Assembly (NCBI GenBank): GCA_964561105.1
Contig: CAZLOH010000008.1
Span: 3,093-67,092, forward strand
Direction: 5' to 3'
DNA from: an uncultured Bifidobacterium sp.
GTDB lineage: Bacteria; Verrucomicrobiota; Verrucomicrobiia; Limisphaerales; JADLHS01
DNA length: 64,000 bases
Shown here: positions 58,729 through 64,000 of the stretch, piece after piece
Layout of the letters: every line of letters begins with the position of its first letter
Position numbering within the stretch: the first letter of the stretch is position 1
Translations under genes and position numbers: made by a program
Notes under the pieces: model-generated
Told to the model about the DNA's origin: nothing
What the model saw: the letters and a program-made list of their open reading frames with translations, nothing else
The model's database searches: none

Positions 58729-58900
58729 CCGCGTCGTTGTCCCAGACCTGGGCGAGCGATGTTTCGGAAAGTTTCAACCACGCCTCCCGCTCCGAGTCGG
58801 TTTCAATGGTCACGCGGACACGGCTCTTTTCGGGAAGCGGCAACGACCCGGACAAAACGAGTTTGCCGTTTTCGTAGATGGCCTCAACGGTCGTTGTCAT
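58697..58900 (-). CDS. Antitoxin, DUF104/AF2212-like (swapped hairpin)
   Basis: TVEAIYENGKLVL...LPEKSRVRVTI; overlaps the toxin gene. Confidence 0.82.
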   Translation of the reverse strand: MTTTVEAIYENGKLVLSGSLPLPEKSRVRVTIETDSEREAWLKLSETSLAQVWDNDADDVFNELLKK

Positions 58901-58906
58901 GGTGGA

Positions 58907-58934
58907 AAGTTAGCGCGCGTTTGCGTGACGGCAA
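58907..58934 (-). promoter_or_regulatory. Promoter of the antitoxin-MazF pair (leaderless)
   Basis: Minus strand TTGCCG-16 nt-TAACTT, 6 nt before the ATG at 58900. Confidence 0.6.
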
Positions 58935-58943
58935 GTCACCGGC

Positions 58944-59345
58944 TCAGCTCTTCCAGTCGAACGCCTTCTTTTTCAATGCGTAAATGTAGCCAACGAAGAG
59001 GATGCCGAGGAAGGAAACCATCGAGCCAAGAATCAGGTTGCGCGTCGCGGGCTCCGCCAGCATCGCCTTGTAAACCACGGCCCACGGGTACATGAACACC
59101 ACCTCGATATCGAACAGGATGAACAACATCGCCACGAGGTAAAATTTCACGGACATGCGCGTGGTGCCGCCGCCGACGGGCAACATGCCGCACTCGTAGG
59201 CGGTGTCCTTGATCTTGCTCCGTGACCCGCGTTTACCGAGCACGAGCGAAAGGACGATCATCCCGCCCGTCGCCGCGATGGCGAGAACGACGAGCATCAG
59301 CACCGCGAGGTATTGGGGGAACTGTGGGAACGGCGTTGTTTCCAT
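58944..59345 (-). CDS. nuoA: NADH-quinone oxidoreductase subunit A
   Basis: Three TM helices with YECG, SVKFYLVAMLFILFDIEVVFMYPWA and YALKKKAFDW. Start set at METTP. Confidence 0.92.
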   Translation of the reverse strand: METTPFPQFPQYLAVLMLVVLAIAATGGMIVLSLVLGKRGSRSKIKDTAYECGMLPVGGGTTRMSVKFYLVAMLFILFDIEVVFMYPWAVVYKAMLAEPATRNLILGSMVSFLGILFVGYIYALKKKAFDWKS

Positions 59346-59440
59346 GGCAACCAGCTTAAAAGAAGTGGCGGCAACACGCAAGCCTGTCAGATTTTCCATC
59401 CTGAGCACGGACGCACCTGGTTTCGATCTTTGCTCAACCA

Positions 59441-59585
59441 CACCGTGGCTTCAGCCGGGGTTAAGATAGCGACAAAGAATCGCAGCCGTTTTAACGGCTT
59501 CAGTGCGCGCGGTCAAGCCGTTGAAACGGCTGATTGCATTCTTACGTCCGTTACCCACCGGGCTAAAGCCGCGGTGTTAATGAGA
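59441..59585. repeat. REP-like palindrome (CACCGTGGCTTCAGCC...AAGCCGTTGAAACGGCT...GGGCTAAAGCCGCGGTGTTAATGAG)
   Basis: Nested inverted repeats: AGCCGTTTTAACGGCTT vs AAGCCGTTGAAACGGCT, and outer CACCGTGGCTT vs AAGCCGCGGTG. Confidence 0.72.
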
Positions 59586-59635
59586 GGCCTCGGAAACAAA
59601 TCACGACAGGTGCTTCTGCCCTGATGGTTCGTCGC

Positions 59636-59848
59636 TCATCTGCGAAACAGCCACATCAGGAAGGACAACAACACGCTAAGCAAAAGGCAGGTGACGATGG
59701 GGAAATGGAAACTGACATTGGCGCGCTCAACGTGGATGTCGCCGGGCAACCGTCCGAACCAACCTTTGCCCAACCCGGCCCACAACAGCGCGCCGACAAA
59801 GGCGATCACCAACCCGATGACCACGAGATACCGGCCCAAGTCATTCAT
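59636..59848 (-). CDS. DUF2905-like small membrane protein
   Basis: GRLPGDIHVERANVSFHFPIVTCLLLS; upstream promoter TTGAAA-17 nt-TAGCTT lies 8 nt before the ATG. Confidence 0.85.
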   Translation of the reverse strand: MNDLGRYLVVIGLVIAFVGALLWAGLGKGWFGRLPGDIHVERANVSFHFPIVTCLLLSVLLSFLMWLFRR

Positions 59849-59949
59849 GCGATCGCAAGCTACGCGCAGGTTTCCGGTGTTTCAAAACCTTATTGACGGT
59901 CGTCGCACTCGGAGGCGGGCAGGCAGGCGGAAATTCTTGATACCGGGAG

Positions 59950-62490
59950 TCAATGACGCATCCGATAGAACGCGCTGGAACCACTCGGTGGTTGGTCGGC
60001 AATGAAGAATTGCCCGGAAGCCGGAGCATTGGTGGATTGCACAGCTTCCCATATCGCCGACGACCCCAGGGTCGTGGTGCGCTCAATCAGATAGTTCGTG
60101 CCGGGAGCGCCCACGCAGGCGAGCTGAATCTGGCCGCTGGCAAGCGTGACCTGGGCAATGTATTCCAGGGGATCACCGAATCTAAAAATCGTGCCGGCGT
60201 CACTTGGGCCGCCTTGGTCCGTCGTCCCGTAGAGCGCGCCCTTCGGCCCCGAGGTTAGCCCTCCACGCGGATACGCGCCGGTGCTTGCGTCAAAGCTCGC
60301 CAGCACCGCGTAGCCGCTTCCGTCCTTGTTCAGTTGGAACAGCGTCCCCTGGCCGGAGGCCCCGCCGCGTTCGGTGGTCCCGTAAAGCGTGCCGTCGGCC
60401 GCTTCCACCAAACTCCCGCACGGATGTCGGCCATCCCCGGCCACGCCCAGAAAGGCATGGAGCAGTTGAAATCCTGAGCCGTCCTTGTTGACGCGGTACA
60501 CCACACCCGCGTCGTTGGTGGTGCCGCCGGAATACGTGGTACCGTAGAGCATCCCGTCATTCCCTTCGAGGAGTGGCGACATGGGGTTCGCGCCGGTCGT
60601 CAAACGATTGTCGAAAGTTTTCACCAAAGTGTAGTTCGTGCCGTCCAAGTCTATCCGGAAGATGCAGCCGTTCGCTGCGTTGCTGTAGGTAGTGTTCAGG
60701 TAGCTGACATAGGTGGTGCCATACAGCCGGCCGTCACTGGCTTGCAGCAGTGGTTGCATGGGGTTGAGACCGCCGGGATCAAACTGGTGGAGGACGGTAT
60801 AGTTCGATCCATCGGGTGTGAGTCGGAACAAAATGCCACGAAAGCCGGTACCACCTTGGGCGGTGATGCCGTACAGGTATCCATTCGTGGCACGCGTAAG
60901 TGCGGCGGAAGCATAATAGCCGTCAACCCCGGGAGCAAAATCGTGCAAAGTAGTCAGGTCCGGCCCGGTGGGATTCAGCGAGAAAATCGCTCCGTGACCT
61001 CCCGTGCCGTCGTTGATACCGGCGCCGACAAATACGCCGTTGGCGCTTTCAATCACGGAGGCTGTGGGGTTTGCCCCCACTGGTAACGCCGCAGTGATCT
61101 GGTACGCGCGACCCAGTGCATCAATCTGGAATACGCACCCCGCGCCCTGTTCTGAGCCGAGTCTCGTGGTCCCGTAATACAGTCCGTCGCTGGCGTGCAG
61201 CAAACCGGCATAAGGGGATTCTCCGTCACCGCCCGCGGCGGAAAACTGTCGCAGCACCGTGAATCCGGCTCCGTTCTTTTGAATTCGGAAAATGGTGCCT
61301 TCGCCGGCAACGCCTCCGAGCTTGGTGGTGCCGATCAAGTCCCCGTCTGTGGACTCCACCAACCCCGCCGCCGCCCCCTGTCCCAAGACAATGTTCGTTA
61401 GCGTCAGGTAGTTGCTGCCGTCCTGATCAATCCGAAAAACCACCCCGCCACCGTTCGTGCCGCCGTCGAACGTCGTACCGTAGAGTCGCCCGTCGGTAGC
61501 CAGAGCCAGCCCGCTCAACGATATGGCTCCGGTCGAGTTGGTTAGCTCGCGCAATACGGCAAAGTCCGCGCCATTGGTGTTGATCCGATAAACCGTTCCG
61601 GAATTCTGGCGACCGCCAGCGGAAGTTGTGCCGTAAAGAAATCCATTCGTGCCTTGAACCACTTCTCCATACGGAAAATAGCCGTTGGTCTGCACCAACA
61701 CGGGGACGGAACCGCTTGGGTATCGGTAAAAATGATGCAAAACACTGAAACCGGAACCGTCCTTTTCGAGTCGGAATAGTGTTCCCACATTCGAGCTGAT
61801 CGTCGAAGTCCAGCCCGGGATGTTGGTTCCGCCGCCAAAAAGCGTCGTGCCGTAAAGTCCGCCGTCCGTGGCCTCCAGCAGACCACCTTCGGGATTCGCG
61901 CCATCGTTACCCGCGAAAGTTTTCAACACCTCAAACCCGGTGCCGTCCTTGTGCAATCGAAATACCACGCCGTAATCGTTCGTGCCCGGGCCACCGCCCG
62001 AAGTCGTTCCATAGAGCAAGCCGTCGCTGGCTTCCAGCAATCGGGCTTCGGGATACGCGCCATTGGTGCCATCGAAACTCGCGAGCACGCTGAAATTGCT
62101 CCCGGCCATGTCGCTGCGAAACACCGTCCCAAGCCCGAAGTTGCCGCCTTCGCCGGTAGTCCCGTAAAGGAAACCGTCCGTGGCCTCGATCACCGCCGCA
62201 GACGGTCGTTGCCCGTCATTGGTCACTGACCCGAACGATTTGATGACCACGAAGCCGGTGCCGTCCTGGTTCACCCGATACAACGTCCCTTGGCGCACAC
62301 TGCCACCTGCGACCGTGGTGCCATAGAGCTTCCCGTCGCTACCCTTGATCAACTCCGCCTGCGGCATGGCCGCGCTCTGTTCCGAAAAACCGAACGCGCG
62401 CAATGCCGACAGCGATGCCGCATCAATGGAAACAGGGATCAAGCAAGCGAGGGAAAGGAGGCAAAGTGACTTGAAAGTCGGCGCGCCCAT
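59950..62490 (-). CDS. Secreted GloVer (choice-of-anchor tandem) repeat protein with a Verrucomicrobia-type C-terminal domain
   Basis: More than 12 repeats of SDGxLYGTTxxGG...GTxFRxxxDGxGFxVL; signal peptide; C-terminal domain ending SSAFYRMRH. Start set at MGAPT, downstream of the promoter. Confidence 0.88.
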   Translation of the reverse strand: MGAPTFKSLCLLSLACLIPVSIDAASLSALRAFGFSEQSAAMPQAELIKGSDGKLYGTTVAGGSVRQGTLYRVNQDGTGFVVIKSFGSVTNDGQRPSAAVIEATDGFLYGTTGEGGNFGLGTVFRSDMAGSNFSVLASFDGTNGAYPEARLLEASDGLLYGTTSGGGPGTNDYGVVFRLHKDGTGFEVLKTFAGNDGANPEGGLLEATDGGLYGTTLFGGGTNIPGWTSTISSNVGTLFRLEKDGSGFSVLHHFYRYPSGSVPVLVQTNGYFPYGEVVQGTNGFLYGTTSAGGRQNSGTVYRINTNGADFAVLRELTNSTGAISLSGLALATDGRLYGTTFDGGTNGGGVVFRIDQDGSNYLTLTNIVLGQGAAAGLVESTDGDLIGTTKLGGVAGEGTIFRIQKNGAGFTVLRQFSAAGGDGESPYAGLLHASDGLYYGTTRLGSEQGAGCVFQIDALGRAYQITAALPVGANPTASVIESANGVFVGAGINDGTGGHGAIFSLNPTGPDLTTLHDFAPGVDGYYASAALTRATNGYLYGITAQGGTGFRGILFRLTPDGSNYTVLHQFDPGGLNPMQPLLQASDGRLYGTTYVSYLNTTYSNAANGCIFRIDLDGTNYTLVKTFDNRLTTGANPMSPLLEGNDGMLYGTTYSGGTTNDAGVVYRVNKDGSGFQLLHAFLGVAGDGRHPCGSLVEAADGTLYGTTERGGASGQGTLFQLNKDGSGYAVLASFDASTGAYPRGGLTSGPKGALYGTTDQGGPSDAGTIFRFGDPLEYIAQVTLASGQIQLACVGAPGTNYLIERTTTLGSSAIWEAVQSTNAPASGQFFIADQPPSGSSAFYRMRH

Positions 62491-62503
62491 AGATTTCGCT
62501 TGC

Positions 62504-62532
62504 ATGTTATCGCAGCGGAGATTTAGAGTCAA
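62504..62532 (-). promoter_or_regulatory. Sigma70-like promoter of the GloVer gene
   Basis: Minus strand TTGACT-17 nt-TAACAT. Confidence 0.65.
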
Positions 62533-62574
62533 TCCACTTGCACTGAAAAAAAGCCGGCGCCGGCAAAACTCACG

Positions 62575-63492
62575 ATGCAACCGCTACGAAGCCATCACTC
62601 GAACCGCCGGGGTTCTTCCTCCCAGCGCGCCTTTACCTTTACCGAATTGCTGGTCGTCGTCGGGGTGATGGTGTTGCTAATGCTGGTCTTGCTCCCCGCG
62701 CAAGCGGACTCCCGCGTCAAATCCCGGAGCATTCGTTGCCTGGATAACTTACGGCAGATCATGAATGCGGTGTTGCTTTATACGGGAGACAACCACGACT
62801 TTTTTCCGCCCAACCCGGATGATGGGAATACTGTGCTTGGTCATCATTGGTGCCAGGGCAATGGCGGAGTGGGTGAGTTTGGGCCGTTCAACCCGGATAT
62901 CCTGACAGACCCGACGCGCTGTTTGATTACCACCTACCTCCACACCAACGTCAGCCTTTTTCGCTGCACGGCTGATCCTCGTTTCGGCACCTACCAAGGC
63001 AGCGATCCGGCCAAGATTGGAACCACAGTGCCGGCAGCCCGAAGCATTTCCATGAATCAGGCAGTCGGTACCATTTGTCCGACATTTAACACGGGAGGCG
63101 GACATTCCGGCGTGCCGACCATGTCGGTAAATGGCCCGTGGTTGAATAACAACGACTCTCACCGCCGTAATACCCCGTGGCGAACCTACGGCCAGCTATC
63201 CGACGTAATCATTCCTGGGCCTGCCAACCTCTGGGTGATTACGGAAGAAGATCCTTTCAGCATTAACGATGCAAGCTTTGCCTTCGGTATCAACATACCG
63301 GAGTGGGTCAACTGGCCCAGTACATTGCACGACATGAGTTGCGTTGTCACTTTCGCCGATGGTCATGTGGAGCTTCACAAATGGGTGGATCCAAGCACCC
63401 GAGTTGTCAACGGCAAGCTAATGCGCCGGTCCGTTCCCGGCAGCGCCGACTGGGCATGGCTCAAAGCGCGAACCTCGGCGCGGGCGCACTAG
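62575..63492 (+). CDS. Prepilin-type N-terminal cleavage protein with H-X9-DG motif, tandem copy 1
   Basis: RAFTFTELLVVVGVMVLL; HDMSCVVTFADG is H-X9-DG. Confidence 0.88.
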   Translation: MQPLRSHHSNRRGSSSQRAFTFTELLVVVGVMVLLMLVLLPAQADSRVKSRSIRCLDNLRQIMNAVLLYTGDNHDFFPPNPDDGNTVLGHHWCQGNGGVGEFGPFNPDILTDPTRCLITTYLHTNVSLFRCTADPRFGTYQGSDPAKIGTTVPAARSISMNQAVGTICPTFNTGGGHSGVPTMSVNGPWLNNNDSHRRNTPWRTYGQLSDVIIPGPANLWVITEEDPFSINDASFAFGINIPEWVNWPSTLHDMSCVVTFADGHVELHKWVDPSTRVVNGKLMRRSVPGSADWAWLKARTSARAH

Positions 63493-63671
63493 GTGCCCAG
63501 CTGGGGATGTTTGTGAAGGTGGCAGTTCTCGCGCTGCGAGAACTCCGCCCGCGTAGAGCGGGCGACGGGAGCGGCAGACGGCGTAATTTAGCCCGCCTCC
63601 CGTGCGAAAGTTGGGTTGACGTCAATCCACTTGCACTGCATGTAACAAGACGAGTCCAGCAATAACTCACG

Positions 63672-64000
63672 ATGCAACCGCTACGAAGCCATCACTCGAA
63701 CCGCCGGGGTTCTTCCTCCCAGCGCGCCTTTACCTTTACCGAATTGCTGGTCGTCGTCGGGGTGATGGTGTTGCTAATGCTGGTCTTGCTCCCCGCGCAA
63801 GCGGACTCCCGCGTCAAATCCCGGAGCATTCGTTGCCTGGATAACTTACGGCAGATCATGAATGCGGTACTGCTCTACACGCGGGACAACCACGACTTTT
63901 TCCCGCCCAACCCGGATGATGGGAATACTGTGCCTGGTCATAACTGGTGTCCGGGACAGGGTGGAGCGGGTGGAGGTCAAGAATTCAACTCGGAGATTTT
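63672..64000 (+). CDS. Prepilin-type protein, tandem copy 2 (runs off the right edge)
   Basis: MQPLRSHHSNRRGSSSQRAFTFTELL...; 63664-63868 is identical to 62567-62771, after which the copies diverge. Confidence 0.88.
   Translation, partial: MQPLRSHHSNRRGSSSQRAFTFTELLVVVGVMVLLMLVLLPAQADSRVKSRSIRCLDNLRQIMNAVLLYTRDNHDFFPPNPDDGNTVPGHNWCPGQGGAGGGQEFNSEI

Noticed and set aside
59950-62490. Tandem DNA repeat or diversity-generating element in the GloVer gene
   Set aside because: The repeats are diverged protein-level propeller blades; no template/variable repeat pair or reverse transcriptase was seen.
1-64000. tRNA, rRNA, prophage and IS transposase genes
   Set aside because: No cloverleaf/T-loop context, rRNA motifs, phage structural genes or DDE/HUH transposase ORFs were recognised by eye; a tRNAscan/Infernal run would be needed to exclude them formally.

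Overview
A GC-rich bacterial chromosomal segment, most likely from Verrucomicrobia (Pedosphaera/Limisphaerales-like). This assignment is inferred from the gene content: TIGR03790-like protein, prepilin/H-X9-DG proteins, a PVC-type heme c protein and a GloVer-repeat protein. Most of the window is housekeeping and accessory metabolism: ilvE-mcsA-mcsB-clpC, purE plus carbonic anhydrase, HAD-NUDIX plus folB, malQ, carA, hemB, cdd/PNP, moeB, cobA-hemD, batD/E-like, pheT, trpB2, fbaB and a lone nuoA. Several families of palindromic REP/MITE-like repeats occupy the intergenic spaces. The most unusual structure is at 27.2-30.6 kb. There a unit made of [moeB 3' end] - [nested palindromic element] - [diverged copy of the last 17 moeB codons] occurs three times, with an invariant 81-bp core, and two unrelated PIN-type toxin-antitoxin cassettes sit between the units. 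It looks like a cassette array built on the end of a protein-coding gene, with no recombinase in the window. Other points of interest are a HAD-NUDIX fusion coupled to folB, a low-GC secreted beta-propeller gene, and tandem prepilin-like genes sharing an identical 205-bp 5' block. I recognised no rRNA, tRNA, CRISPR array, integrase or transposase. All calls come from reading the sequence and recalling family motifs; no database searches were run.
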